Positions 1 to 11,375 of a stretch of 64,000 nt of DNA are shown here, one piece after another (positions within the stretch are counted from its first letter, which is position 1; the number at the start of each line of letters is the position of its first letter). The notes beneath the pieces were generated by a model. It worked only from the letters and a program-made list of their open reading frames with translations. It was not told the origin of the DNA and did not search any database. Made by a program: the position numbers and the translations under genes. Source of the DNA: an uncultured Chloroflexia bacterium. Its GTDB lineage: Bacteria > Chloroflexota > Limnocylindria > Limnocylindrales > CSP1-4. The stretch spans positions 566,924 through 630,923 of the forward strand of contig CAVQKO010000014.1 in assembly GCA_963713075.1 (NCBI GenBank), written 5' to 3'.

Positions 1-2889
1 CGCGCTCGTCGGCGCGTGCGAGTCGGGCGCTGCCGCCGAACCCGGCTCCCTGACCGGGGCGGGCCCCGCGGCCGGCCCCGTGGTCGGCATCGCTGCCCCC
101 GATGCATCCGTGCCGGGCATGGAGGGCCGGTCCTCTCCTCTCGCGCCCACCGCCGCCTGGCGGACGATTGCCGCTCGCGCCTCGGATGTCCGCCCGCGTG
201 CGGCGAGCATGCCCTCGACCTGCGGAGTCCGGGCGGAGGTCTGCCGGCCGCGGAGGCGAGCCGCCAGCCACCGGCGCCCGTCCGCCAGCTCCCGACGCCC
301 GACCGCGACACGCCGGAGCGCCACGTCGAGCGGCCAGAGCAGCAGCGCCAGCACCAGCAGCCACGGCCACAGTGGCGTCGAGCGGCTCGTGAGCGCCAGA
401 TCGTGGACCCAGGCGTCCGCTGGCGTCGCCAGCTCGCGCCCGCCGGTGGCTGCGCGCATCGCCGCCAGCAGCGGCTGGTTCGTCCCGAGCAGCCGGTACT
501 CCGCGGCCGTCGGCGCCACGAGGCCGAGGGTCCGGCCCAGCGCGGCGGCACCCGGCTTGGTCTGCGTCACGCGGACCGCGTAGGCGCCGCTCTGGAGAGA
601 TGCCAGCGGCGCCTCGTAGACGCCCGGCGCCACCTGGCTGAGCGAGACCGTCGTCGAGGTCAGGTCCGGGCCGACGAGCGCGACCGAGGTGGAGTAGAAG
701 TCGCGCGGCGAGTTGTCGGCGTTGGTGCTCTCGACCCGCAGGTAGTCGCGCCCGCCCCGCTCGGCGAACGAGGCCTCGATCCCGCCCGACTCCTCCCCCG
801 GAAACGTCCAGGCGACGAGCCCGCTGAAGAAGGCCGAGAACTCGCTCCAGCCGACCCAGTTCTTCGCCCACCTGCCGGTGGTGTCCGAGGTCCAGGCCAC
901 CGCCCGCCCGAGGCCGTACTGCCACTGCGCGAGCAACGGGTCGTCGCGACCGGTCACCAGCACGGTCTGGGCGGCCGCCTTGGCGGTCGTCCCGTCGTAG
1001 CCCAGCAGCTGCGGAAAGGCCTTCGCGTCGAGCTTGTCGACGATCGGCGAGTGCGATGTCAGCACCGGGTAGAACGGCTCCTCCACGATCTGCTGTCCCG
1101 AGACCTGCTGGGTCTCCTTGAGGAAGATGTCGGGGATCTGGGCCGGGTTCGCGGCCGCGTAGTAGCGCCCGCCGCCCTCCGCCGCGAGCTGGGCGAGGAA
1201 CGGGTTGGCGCCGCCGCCGGCGCCCACGGTCGAGAGCGTGATCCCGTCCGCCTTCATCTGGGCGAGGATCTGGTCGTACTGGCCGCTGTTGCTCCAGCCG
1301 TCGGTCAGCAGGATGATGTGCCGCCGTGCCGAGCTCGTCTTCTCGAGCGACTTCACCGCCTGATCGAGGCCGGTGTAGATGTTCGTCGTGCCCCCGGCTG
1401 TGATGCCGGCGATCTGGCCCTGCAGGTCGGTGATGCCGCCGAGCGGCTCGGTCTTGACCACCCAGTGCGCCGATTCGTCGAACGCGACAACCCCGAGCTG
1501 GTCGGCTGCCGACAGCGCCGAGGCCGCCCGGATGATGGCCTCCTTGCCGATGTCGACCTTCTGGACCCCGGCGATGCCGCTCGAGCCGCCGACCCCGCTG
1601 CCGAAGCTGTTGCAGTGGCATGCGGCCATGGACCCCGACTTGTCGATGACCACGACGAGCGCGATGTCGGGTTGCTTGGTCTTGTCCTTGACGCCCATGT
1701 CGACCGGCAGCGTCTCCTCGAGTGGGGTGTTCGCGAGCCCGCCCGCGCCGTACGTGTCCGGGCCGCCGATCGCCACCAGGCCGCGGCCGAGATCGCGGAC
1801 GTACACCTGCAGGGTCTCCATCGCCTTGTCGGGGAGGCGGACCTTGGGCACGTCCACGAGCACGATGCTGTCGTACTCGGTCAGCGTCGCAAGGTCGGTC
1901 GGGAGCGCCTCGGGGACGATCGCGTCGACCGTCTGCTGCGCGGACGCGAGCCCCGAGACGAGCTGCTGGCCGACCGCCCGGTCGCCCTCGACGACGAGCA
2001 CCCTGGGCGGACCCTTGACGATCGTGCTGGCGTCGGCGCGGTTGTTCTCTGCGAAGGTGTCGCGCGGGGCGTCGACGACCGCCCGGAAGCGCAGGAAGCC
2101 CGAGTCCCTGGCCGTGAAGTCGAACGTGACGGTGGTCTCGCCCGCGGGCAGCGCGACCGGCTGCGACGCGACCATCTCGCCGTTCACGAACAGGCGGACG
2201 GTGGCCTGCTGGGACACCGTCGAGCTGACGACCGCCTCCAGTTGGATCTTTTCGCCGACGTGGGCGGTCGAGGGCGCGGTCAGCCGCTCCACGAGCGCCT
2301 CGGCCTGCGAGCCGAGCCCGGCGGTCACTGTGTCCACCTGGATCGCGCGTGCCGCCGCGAGCGACGCCTCGGTCTCGCCCGAGCCCGTCGTGTCGTTGCC
2401 GTCGCTGAGCAGGACGATGCGCTTCTGGACGTCGTCGGGGAACAGCGCCGAGGCGAGCCGCAGCGCCGCCCCGATGTCAGTCGCGGCGCGGGCGGGCGTG
2501 GAGGCGAGCCGGTCGAGGTCCGTGAGCTCAGTCGGCAGCCGCTCCACGAGCGCATCGCCGCCGAACGCCACCACGCCCGCGAGGTCGCCCTCCTTGCGCG
2601 CCCCGAGCGAGGTCCGGATGTAGGCCAGCGCGGCCTCGCGGCCGGCGGTGCCCATCGAGTCCGACATGTCGACCACGTACACGACCGCGAGGCCGTCCAC
2701 GGGCAGCACCACCGCGATCCCCGAGAGCGCGCCCACGAGCACCGCGATCAGCAGCAGCCGAGCGGCCAGCGCGGCCCGCCGCCGTGCCCTGCCCATGCGG
2801 CGCCGCGACGCGAGGTGCAGGACCACTACAAGCAGGGCGAGCGGCGGCAGCAGCAGGAGCGCGGCCGGGCTGTCGAACGAGACGCCCAT
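1..2889 (-). CDS. VWA domain-containing membrane protein (BatB-like); 3' end runs off the window
   Basis: Absent from the ORF track because no stop lies inside the window. ATG at 2889-2887 shares one base with the TGA of the upstream gene (TGATG). Hand translation: MGVSFDSPAALLLLPPLALLVVVLHL (BatA_N-like TM start), then VYVVDMSDSMG (DxSxS MIDAS of a VWA fold). I checked the frame at 1201-1260 and 1-420 and it is open and protein-like (PLWPWLLVLALLLWPLDVALRR, a C-terminal TM). Confidence 0.75.
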   Translation of the reverse strand, partial: MGVSFDSPAALLLLPPLALLVVVLHLASRRRMGRARRRAALAARLLLIAVLVGALSGIAVVLPVDGLAVVYVVDMSDSMGTAGREAALAYIRTSLGARKEGDLAGVVAFGGDALVERLPTELTDLDRLASTPARAATDIGAALRLASALFPDDVQKRIVLLSDGNDTTGSGETEASLAAARAIQVDTVTAGLGSQAEALVERLTAPSTAHVGEKIQLEAVVSSTVSQQATVRLFVNGEMVASQPVALPAGETTVTFDFTARDSGFLRFRAVVDAPRDTFAENNRADASTIVKGPPRVLVVEGDRAVGQQLVSGLASAQQTVDAIVPEALPTDLATLTEYDSIVLVDVPKVRLPDKAMETLQVYVRDLGRGLVAIGGPDTYGAGGLANTPLEETLPVDMGVKDKTKQPDIALVVVIDKSGSMAACHCNSFGSGVGGSSGIAGVQKVDIGKEAIIRAASALSAADQLGVVAFDESAHWVVKTEPLGGITDLQGQIAGITAGGTTNIYTGLDQAVKSLEKTSSARRHIILLTDGWSNSGQYDQILAQMKADGITLSTVGAGGGANPFLAQLAAEGGGRYYAAANPAQIPDIFLKETQQVSGQQIVEEPFYPVLTSHSPIVDKLDAKAFPQLLGYDGTTAKAAAQTVLVTGRDDPLLAQWQYGLGRAVAWTSDTTGRWAKNWVGWSEFSAFFSGLVAWTFPGEESGGIEASFAERGGRDYLRVESTNADNSPRDFYSTSVALVGPDLTSTTVSLSQVAPGVYEAPLASLQSGAYAVRVTQTKPGAAALGRTLGLVAPTAAEYRLLGTNQPLLAAMRAATGGRELATPADAWVHDLALTSRSTPLWPWLLVLALLLWPLDVALRRVAVGRRELADGRRWLAARLRGRQTSARTPQVEGMLAARGRTSEARAAIVRQAAVGARGEDRPSMPGTDASGAAMPTTGPAAGPAPVREPGSAAAPDSHAPTSA

Positions 2890-5027
2890 CAGGGCTGCCG
2901 CTCGCGGCGGCCGGCCAGGCGAGCGGCGGCCGTGCGCCGGAGCCGGACCAGCGTGTCCCGCTCGTACACCAGCCACTCGGCCGCGATGACCGCGAGGGCG
3001 AGGAGCACGATCGGGATCCACAGCTCGTCGCGTGACGGCGCGGGCGATGGGCTGGCGCTCGCGGCGGAGGGGCTCGCATCGGCGCCCTGGCCCGCCGTCG
3101 GCGTCTTGGCCCCCAGGGCCTCGATGCGCGCCGGGTCGCCTGGGGCGATGTTGGATTCGTCGACGTCGAGCAGGTCGACGGCGAACCGGGTCGGGGCCCC
3201 GGGGTCGGCGGGGCGGAACGTCGGCCCGGCCGAGGCCCCGGCGGTCAAGGCGGGCGGCGTCGCGGGGACCGGCGTGACCGGAGCGGTCGAGGCGGCGGCG
3301 CTCGACGTGGACGGCTGGGCCGACGCGTCCGCCGCGCCCAGTGGGCTGACGGTGTAGACGCCCAGCTCGCCAGTGCGGGCGAAGACGACGCTCTCGGCCC
3401 CGGACGCGGGCGCCGGCAGGTCGTCGCTGCCGCCGTCCGGGCGCGTCACCCGAACGCCGGTCGAGCCGACCGGGATCGCGAGCGTGACCGGGGCGCCCGG
3501 CGCCACGGCGTCGGCGGGGGTTTGAGAGCCGCCCATCAGCTCGCCTGTGAGGTTGGCGAGCAGGATCGGAAAGGCCACCTGGAGGGGCAGGTCCGACTCG
3601 CGCGGCAGGAACGCGAGCACGGCCGCGCGCCGCCCGTCCTCGGTCCCGGAGTAGAGCAGGGGACCCGTTCCGCCGCCCGGGATGACCGCGCGGGCCCAGC
3701 CGGGCAGCGTGAGGGTCTGCGCCTGGGCGACGTGGAGCGTGGACAGGTCGACGTAGCGCAGGAGCGGGTCGGTCGAATCGAGGCTCCCCGTGGCGGGGCT
3801 CTGCGTCGCGCCCGTGACCGTACCGAGCGCCGACGTCGCCGGCGGCGCGATCGCGAGCACCGGGCCTGTCGGCAGCACGTCGGGCAGCCAGCCCTCGAAG
3901 ACCACGAGGTCGAACTTCTCGGGGTGGGTCGACGCCCCGTAGTCGGCCGCCTTGACCCCGTAGAGCTCGGTGTCGGGCAGGTAGCTCAGCGCCGTCTCGA
4001 GGTACGGGTCGCCGGGCCCGACGAGCAGGATCCGGTGGAGCGCCGCCGGCGGCACCACGGCCCAGGCGACGTCGTCGACCGCGAGGTCGTCGGCCGAGGA
4101 CGCGCCGCTCGACGCCAGCGCCGCGGGGTCCGGCTCGGCGAGCCGGACCTCGACCACCTTCGCCGGGTTGTTCGTGTCGTCGATGTCGTCGATCGAGAGG
4201 TCGGTCCGGCGCTGGGGGTCGAGCTGGACGGTGCGCGCCTCGCGCAGGACGCCGTCCGCGTACAGCTCGACGCGCCGAATTGCCATCTCCAGACCGGTGT
4301 TGGCCACCGAGATGAACGCGGAGTGCGACAGCCCGCTCGATGCCGTCCGGACCGCGAGCGCCACGATCGCCTGGTTCGTCGCGTCCCGGCCTACCCGCAG
4401 GACCTTGACCGGCGCCCGCAGCGTCCCCTTGGGCGGGGTCGTCACGGCGGCATCGGTCGCCACCAGGATCTGCGCGTCGTCCGACCGGGCGGCGAGCGCC
4501 GACGCAAGCTGGAGCGCATCGCCCATGTCGCCCGAGTCCGATGTGGCCGGGATGTCGCGGATCGCCTCTCGCGCGTGCTCAATCGCGGTGGTGGCGTTGA
4601 CGACCACCGAGGCGCTGCGCCCCGCAGCGATCACGCTGACAGTCCCGCCGGCGGGAAGGTCCGCCAGGGCGTCGATCACCTGCGCCTTGGCGGCCTCGAG
4701 GCGGCTCGGGAAGACGTCGGTCGCCTGCATCGAGGCCGACGTGTCGATGACCACCACGAGGTCGCGGGCCAGCCCCGCCGGCCGCTCGACGAACGGCCGC
4801 GCTGCGAGCAGCGCGAGCACCACCACAAGCAGCAGCTGGAGCAGCAGCAGCAGGCTCCGCCGCAGCCGCTGCCAGGGCGCGTTGGCCTCGACGTCGGTGA
4901 CCAGCCGCTGCCAGAGCAGGGTCGACGGCACGACCGTCTCGTCCCGCCGCAGCTTGAGCAGGTACATGGCGAGGACCACCGGGACGAACAGGAGGCCGAC
5001 GAGCGCGAGCGGCGCGAGGAACGGCAT
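2889..5027 (-). CDS. VWA domain-containing protein with BatA-type N-terminal membrane anchor
   Basis: 712-aa ORF. N-terminus MPFLAPLALVGLLFVPVVLAMYLLKLRR (aerotolerance BatA_N-like), then VVVIDTSASM (DxSxS MIDAS) and a C-terminal TM. Lies directly downstream of DUF58 and MoxR. Confidence 0.85.
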   Translation of the reverse strand: MPFLAPLALVGLLFVPVVLAMYLLKLRRDETVVPSTLLWQRLVTDVEANAPWQRLRRSLLLLLQLLLVVVLALLAARPFVERPAGLARDLVVVIDTSASMQATDVFPSRLEAAKAQVIDALADLPAGGTVSVIAAGRSASVVVNATTAIEHAREAIRDIPATSDSGDMGDALQLASALAARSDDAQILVATDAAVTTPPKGTLRAPVKVLRVGRDATNQAIVALAVRTASSGLSHSAFISVANTGLEMAIRRVELYADGVLREARTVQLDPQRRTDLSIDDIDDTNNPAKVVEVRLAEPDPAALASSGASSADDLAVDDVAWAVVPPAALHRILLVGPGDPYLETALSYLPDTELYGVKAADYGASTHPEKFDLVVFEGWLPDVLPTGPVLAIAPPATSALGTVTGATQSPATGSLDSTDPLLRYVDLSTLHVAQAQTLTLPGWARAVIPGGGTGPLLYSGTEDGRRAAVLAFLPRESDLPLQVAFPILLANLTGELMGGSQTPADAVAPGAPVTLAIPVGSTGVRVTRPDGGSDDLPAPASGAESVVFARTGELGVYTVSPLGAADASAQPSTSSAAASTAPVTPVPATPPALTAGASAGPTFRPADPGAPTRFAVDLLDVDESNIAPGDPARIEALGAKTPTAGQGADASPSAASASPSPAPSRDELWIPIVLLALAVIAAEWLVYERDTLVRLRRTAAARLAGRRERQP

Positions 5028-5035
5028 CGGGCGCC

Positions 5036-6037
5036 CTACCCGACCACGCGCCGGCGGCGGAGCTCGGCGAACACGAGGTCGGCGAGCGGCAGGTCGGACG
5101 GCACCGGGGCGTAGGCGGCGCGGCGCCTGGCGGCGACCTGCGCGAGGCCCTCCTGCCAGACGGCCAGGCGGGCACGGTACGCGTCGAGGGTCGCGAGGTC
5201 AGCGGTGATGTCGACGCCCTCGCCCGTCTCGGCGTCCACGAGGCGCAGGTCGCCCTGGATCTGCGGGTCGAGCTCCTCGGGCGCGAGGACGTGGAGCACG
5301 GTCAGCTCGGAGCCCTGTGCCGCAAGCTCGCGCACGGCGCGGTCGGCGGACCGGTCGAGCAGGTCGGAGATGAGCACCACGACGCCCCGCCCCGACAGCA
5401 TCGCGCCCGCATGGCGGACCGCGGCGAGGAGGTCGGTGGGGCCCTCGGCGGGCTGGATGCCCGACAGGAGGGTCAGCAGCCGGAACACCCGACCCGAGCC
5501 GCGGAGCGAGGCGTGGCGGCGGGCGACCCGCCCGCTCAGGGCTGACACAACCACGCGGTCCTCGCTGGCGAGCGCGATGTAGCCGAGCGCCGCCGCCGCC
5601 CGCTTGGCGAACAGCAGCTTCTCGGGCCGCCCGAAGGCCATCGACGGGCTGGCGTCCACGAGGAACGTGACGGTGACGTCCTCCTCCTCCACGAACAGCT
5701 TCACGAACAGCCGCTCGAGCCGCGCGTAGACGTTCCAGTCGAGCTGGCGCAGGTCGTCGCCGAGCGCGTAGTCGCGGTAGTCGGAAAACTCCACCGACTG
5801 GCCGTGCTTGGTGGACCGGCGGCCGCCCTTGAGCCCGCCCCGCGCAGGCTGCTTCATGAGGACGCCGAGACGCTCGAGTTGGCGCAGGAACCCCTCGTCG
5901 AACACTGTCGGGTCGAGGTCGTCGGGGAGCAGCGCTCCGGTCGCGCCCCTGCGCGCCGTGCCGGCGGCGGACGGCGTCGAGCCGCGGCGATCTGCAGCGG
6001 CGATGGCAGGCTCGGCAGGCTGCGGCGCGCCCGTCAT
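5036..6037 (-). CDS. DUF58 domain-containing protein (MoxR-associated)
   Basis: 333-aa ORF with the typical DUF58 core SVEFSDYRDYALGDDLRQLDWNVYARLERLFVKLFVEEEDVTVTFLVDASPSM. Position between MoxR and the VWA genes is canonical. Confidence 0.9.
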   Translation of the reverse strand: MTGAPQPAEPAIAAADRRGSTPSAAGTARRGATGALLPDDLDPTVFDEGFLRQLERLGVLMKQPARGGLKGGRRSTKHGQSVEFSDYRDYALGDDLRQLDWNVYARLERLFVKLFVEEEDVTVTFLVDASPSMAFGRPEKLLFAKRAAAALGYIALASEDRVVVSALSGRVARRHASLRGSGRVFRLLTLLSGIQPAEGPTDLLAAVRHAGAMLSGRGVVVLISDLLDRSADRAVRELAAQGSELTVLHVLAPEELDPQIQGDLRLVDAETGEGVDITADLATLDAYRARLAVWQEGLAQVAARRRAAYAPVPSDLPLADLVFAELRRRRVVG

Positions 6038-6080
6038 CGGCTCACGGCCCCGGCCCAGGTCCCCGCGGCGGTCGTGGCCG

Positions 6081-7126
<1,046 letters not shown>

Positions 7127-7130
<4 letters not shown>

Positions 7131-9154
7131 TGCTGTGGGTCCAGCGAGCTGAAGTAGTCGCGCACGTAGTCCTTCACCGACGACGGCACGTACGAGCGGT
7201 CCAGCGTGGTCTGGGCATAGGTGTAGAAGTCGCTCCAGACCTGTTGGTACGGGACCGTGGAGCCGTTGTTCGCGCCCTGCCCCTGCTGTGTTCCCTGCTG
7301 GAGCTGGCCGTCGCCGCCGGTGCCAGCGACATAGGAGGGGTCGCCGGGCTTGCCCAGGCGATCGAACGGGGCGTACACCGACGAGACGTCCGGGCCGAGC
7401 GTCGCAGCGCGGTTCGGACCGGTGGGTGCCTTGGCTGCGCCGCTGGCGTTGCCCGAGCCCAGGAACTTGGCGTTGGTTCCTCCTCCTCCGCCTCCAGCGC
7501 CCCCGCTCAGCGATCCGCCAGGGGTCTGGCCCTGGCCCTGTCCGGGCTGCTGGCCGATCCCCGCACCGTTGCCCTGGCTCTGCGCCGGTGCTGGCGACTG
7601 GCCCTGGCCCTGGTTCTGCGCCTGCCCGGCGCCCGACGCACCCGGCGATGCGGCAGACCCAGACGACCCGGGACCGCTCGAGCTGCCGGGCGACCCCTGG
7701 CCCCGGCCCTGGCCCTGGCCCTGGCCGGTTCCGCCTGAGGCGCCCGGCGGGCCGACCGCGCCCTGCCCGTTGTTGCCGTTCGAGCCCGGCTGCCCGGAGC
7801 CCTTCCCGCTGGCCTGCGCGGTCTGGCCCTGCGGGTTGCCGGCATCGGCGATGGCGCGCTGCGCGTCCTGGAGCTGGGACGCCGCCTCGGCGAGGTCGCG
7901 GTTCTGCTGCACCTGCGCGCTGGCGGCCTCGAGCGCGGCGCCGAGCTTGTCCAAGGCGGTCTTCGCGCCCGCTACGTCGCCCTGCGCAATGCTCGAGGCG
8001 GCGTCCTGGAGCGCTTGGCCGGCGGTCGAGTCCGCCTGCGTGACGAGCTGCTGGAGCGCGGCGAGGGCGGTGGCCATCTGCGCGCGCTGGGCGGGCGTCA
8101 TCGAGTCGAGCCTCGCCCCGAGGTCGTTGAGGTCCTCGTGCGTGACCTTCGTGTCGGCGTCCGGGTTGGCCTGCGGGTTGCCCGTCGCCGTCTGCGACAG
8201 CGCTCGCGCAGCCGCCGCAAGGGCCGAGGCGCGCTGCTCGTTCGAGGGGTCGAGCTGTGCCCCGATGGCGTCCTGGACCGCGCCCAGCTTGGCGAGGTTC
8301 GCCTGCAGGTCGCCCGGCTTCTGGCGCAGCTGCTCGGCGAGCTGGCGAAGCTCCTCGGAGAGCTTGCTGCGTGGGTCGGTCGGGGTGGTCCCCTTGGCAG
8401 CCAGCTGGCGCGCCGCCTCGTCGATCCTCGCGGCCTGCGCCTGCGCGGCGTCGCGGACGGCCTGGTCGCGCGCGATGACCGCGTCCTGCGGGTTTGGCAG
8501 CAGGAGCGCGGGCGCGACCACGAGCGCAGCGACGATCGCGACGAGCGCGCGGCGCCGATCGAGGCGGGGGCGGAACAGCCCGGGGTCGATCGCGATGAGC
8601 CGCCTCAGCGCGTCCAGCCGCTGGCGCCTGATGAAGCGGGCCTCGGCACGCACGAGGTCGAACGACGGGCCCACGTCGATGAGCTCCAGGTCGGCGTCGG
8701 CGGCGTCGCGGGTCTCACCATCGGCACGCACGCCGGCGAAGGCCAGTGCCGAGGCGATCGCATCGCCCGTGTGCGCTTCGGCGTCGATCGCCATCGCGGT
8801 CTCGCCCAGCGACGGGCGGCACAGCGCGACCGCCGCGAGCAGACCCACGGCTCCGAGCACGGGGATGGCGAGCGCGATCAGAGGCGCCGCCTCGAGGGGC
8901 CATGCGCGCTGGGCGAACGCGACGGCCGCCTCGGCGAGCGCGACGAGCGCCAGCGCGATCCAGCCGCGCCGCACGGCCCGGCGCAGCCAAAGCCGCCGCC
9001 GGTGCGGCCGGAGGCCCACCCGGATCGCGGCCAGCGTGGAATCGAGGGCCCGGCCGCGCACCAGGGGGTCCGGGGGCACCTGCACCCGCGCTGCCGCCAA
9101 CATCCTGCGAGCGCCGCGGGACGGGCTGGCCGGTCGTCGGCGGGCGCGGCTCAT
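7127..9154 (-). CDS. Membrane protein with long Ala/Gln/Leu coiled-coil region and Gly/Gln/Ser low-complexity tract (function unknown)
   Basis: 675-aa ORF. Two N-terminal TM segments (WIALALVALAEAAVAF; PLIALAIPVLGAVGLLAAVAL), a central heptad-like A/Q/L-rich stretch, then about 150 aa of GQGQGRGQGSPGSSSGPG... ATGA overlap with the permease stop (9151-9154) and GTGA overlap with the MoxR start. Confidence 0.7.
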
Positions 9155-10410
9155 GCGTCAGGCCCCGGGTCAGGCGGAGGTTCGACGACCGGGACGCTGT
9201 CCCGGTCCGGCGTCACCGCATCGGGAGCGTCGGGCACCGGGGCGGGCAGCCGGGCAAGGGCCGACAGGGGATCGGCCGCGTTCGCGGATGGGACACGGGC
9301 CGGCGCACCCGCGGGCGGGAGATCGGCGGTCGCCGCGGTGGGCGGCGCGTCCACGGCGGCGGCGGCCAACGCTGCGCCCCCGCGGTCCGGTGAGCCGCGC
9401 GTCCGCGGCCGGGGACGGCGCCAGCGCCGTGTCGGCGAGATGAGCTGTGTCGCCCCGAGGATCAGCAGCAGCGTCACGACCAGCATCGCGGCCACGCTGA
9501 CCGGCCAGTAGCTGTCCTCCGGCATCGCGAACGCCTGCCCGTTCGCGAGTGCCGCCCCACCGCCCTGGGCGATGTCGAACCGCCCGGTCATCACGAGGAC
9601 GACGGCGCACACGCCGTTGGTCGAGGTGTCCGCGTGGCACAGCACGTCCATGTCGGCCGCGAACGGGTTGGCCCACAGCAGCACCGGCGGCGGCCCCTGG
9701 AATGTCGACCAGTTGACCGACCCGTTCGCCAGGGTCGCCTGCTCCTGGGCGTCCGAGATGTCCATGGCGAGCAGGCCCAGGAACAGCCCGCCCGTGCCCA
9801 GCGTGAACACGACCGCGAGGACGAGGTTGAGGACGGTCGACGCCTGGGTGCGCTTGAACAGCGCGGAGATGAACAGCCCGAGCGAGCTGTACATGACCGC
9901 CGTCACGCCCAGCACGGTGTAGGCGCGGACCAGCTCCTCGGGGCCGACGCCGCCGAACATGAAGACGAGCGCCATCACCGGGATCGACGCGAGCAGCAGG
10001 AGCGCCATCCAGCCCAGCGCCGCCACGAGCTTGCCCAGCACGATCGCGAGCGACGACACCGGCGTGGTCACGAGCATGTCGAGCGTCTGCTTCTCGCGCT
10101 CGAGGCTGATCGCGCCCGAGGTGGACGACGGCGCCAGGATCAGCACCACGATGGTGAGGAAGATCAGCATGGCGTCGAACAGCACGCGCCCGATGTCCGC
10201 GCTCTGAGGACCGCCGCCGAACGGGCTGATCGACCCGACCGCGACCGTCTCGACGAAGAACGCGAACCCCGCGACGGCGAGCAGGTGGACCGTGAGCAGG
10301 ACGAACGCCCGTCGCCCGCGCATCCGCCCGCGCAGCTCCTTGATGCCCACGGCGACAGCGCCGCCGACGACATCGCGCAGCGCGTTCGGGCGTCGGACCG
10401 CGGCGCTCAA
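9151..10410 (-). CDS. ABC-2 type transporter permease
   Basis: C-terminal part of the 9151..11391 ORF. Multi-TM sequence with IKELRGRMRGRRAFVLLTV and SLEREKQTLDMLVTTPVS, typical of ABC-2/NosY-like permeases. The part of that ORF above 10410 overlaps the ATPase gene out of frame and is spurious. Proposed start is TTG at 10410 (TTGA overlap with the ATPase stop). The first ATG at 10323 would remove the conserved IKELRGR motif. Confidence 0.75.
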   Translation of the reverse strand: MSAAVRRPNALRDVVGGAVAVGIKELRGRMRGRRAFVLLTVHLLAVAGFAFFVETVAVGSISPFGGGPQSADIGRVLFDAMLIFLTIVVLILAPSSTSGAISLEREKQTLDMLVTTPVSSLAIVLGKLVAALGWMALLLLASIPVMALVFMFGGVGPEELVRAYTVLGVTAVMYSSLGLFISALFKRTQASTVLNLVLAVVFTLGTGGLFLGLLAMDISDAQEQATLANGSVNWSTFQGPPPVLLWANPFAADMDVLCHADTSTNGVCAVVLVMTGRFDIAQGGGAALANGQAFAMPEDSYWPVSVAAMLVVTLLLILGATQLISPTRRWRRPRPRTRGSPDRGGAALAAAAVDAPPTAATADLPPAGAPARVPSANAADPLSALARLPAPVPDAPDAVTPDRDSVPVVEPPPDPGPDA

Positions 10411-11375
10411 GCGACGGCTCCCATGCCCGCGGCGGCGCCCGGGTCGGTAACTTGGAGGAACAGCTCCTCGAGGTCGCTCGCCGCGCGCGAGAACGCGGCG
10501 ATCCGGCCGCCCATCATGACCGCGTCGGCCAGCAGCTGCGCAGCGGCCTCGTCGTCGCCTTGGAACCCTATTTCGATCTCGTCGTCGGGCAGGATCGCAG
10601 CCGTGGCGACGTCGGGTCGGCCCTCGAACCAGGCGCGGGCCGCCTCGAGGGTCGCCCGGTTGCCGAGGACGCGGACCCGGTACACGGCGCCCACCCGGAA
10701 ACGCCGCTCGATCTCGGCCACCTGCCCGTGGGCGAGCACGCGACCGCGGTCGATGATGGCGACCGAGCTGCACAGCTCCTCGAGCTCGGGCAGGATGTGG
10801 CTCGAGACGAGGATCGTCTTGCCCAGCGACCGCAGCTCGCGGAGGAGCTCGCGGAGCTCGACGCGGGCCCTCGGGTCGAGGCCCGAGGCCGGCTCGTCGA
10901 GGAGCAGCACCTGCGGGTCGTGGACGAGCGCGTGGGCCAGGCACAGGCGCTGCTGCATCCCGCGCGACAGGCCCTGGACGTAGATGTCGCGCTTGGAGGC
11001 GAGGTCCACGAGCTCGAGCAGGTCGCCGATCGTCCGCCGCCGGCGGTCGGCCGGGATGCCGTAGCAGCGCGCGAAGAAGTCCAGGTACTCCCAGACCTTC
11101 ATCTCGTCGTAGACGCCGAACGAGTCGGGCATGAAGCCGATCGCCCGCCGCACGTCGTTGGGCTGGCGCGAGAGGGAGAAGCCGGCCACATGGGCGTCGC
11201 CGCCGTCGGGTCGGATCAGGGTGCCCAGGATCCGGAGCGTGGTCGTCTTGCCTGCGCCGTTCGGGCCGACCAGCCCGAAGATCTCGCCGGCGCCGATCTC
11301 GAGGTCGATGCCCGCCACCGCGAGCGTCCGGTCGTAGCGCTTGACGAGGCCGGCGGCCTGCACGATCGCACTCAC
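10407..11375 (-). CDS. ABC transporter ATP-binding protein
   Basis: 322-aa ORF. Walker A GPNGAGKTT, signature LSRGMQQRL, Walker B LLLDEPASGLD. GTGA overlap with the upstream gene at 11372-11375. Confidence 0.95.
   Translation of the reverse strand: MSAIVQAAGLVKRYDRTLAVAGIDLEIGAGEIFGLVGPNGAGKTTTLRILGTLIRPDGGDAHVAGFSLSRQPNDVRRAIGFMPDSFGVYDEMKVWEYLDFFARCYGIPADRRRRTIGDLLELVDLASKRDIYVQGLSRGMQQRLCLAHALVHDPQVLLLDEPASGLDPRARVELRELLRELRSLGKTILVSSHILPELEELCSSVAIIDRGRVLAHGQVAEIERRFRVGAVYRVRVLGNRATLEAARAWFEGRPDVATAAILPDDEIEIGFQGDDEAAAQLLADAVMMGGRIAAFSRAASDLEELFLQVTDPGAAAGMGAVA

Noticed and set aside
16-3357. 1113-aa plus-strand ORF, the longest ORF in the track
   Set aside because: Its composition is extremely Arg/Gly/Pro/Ala-rich with no motifs. 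It lies antisense to two minus-strand VWA genes that have clear MIDAS motifs and coupled starts. This is a typical high-GC shadow ORF.
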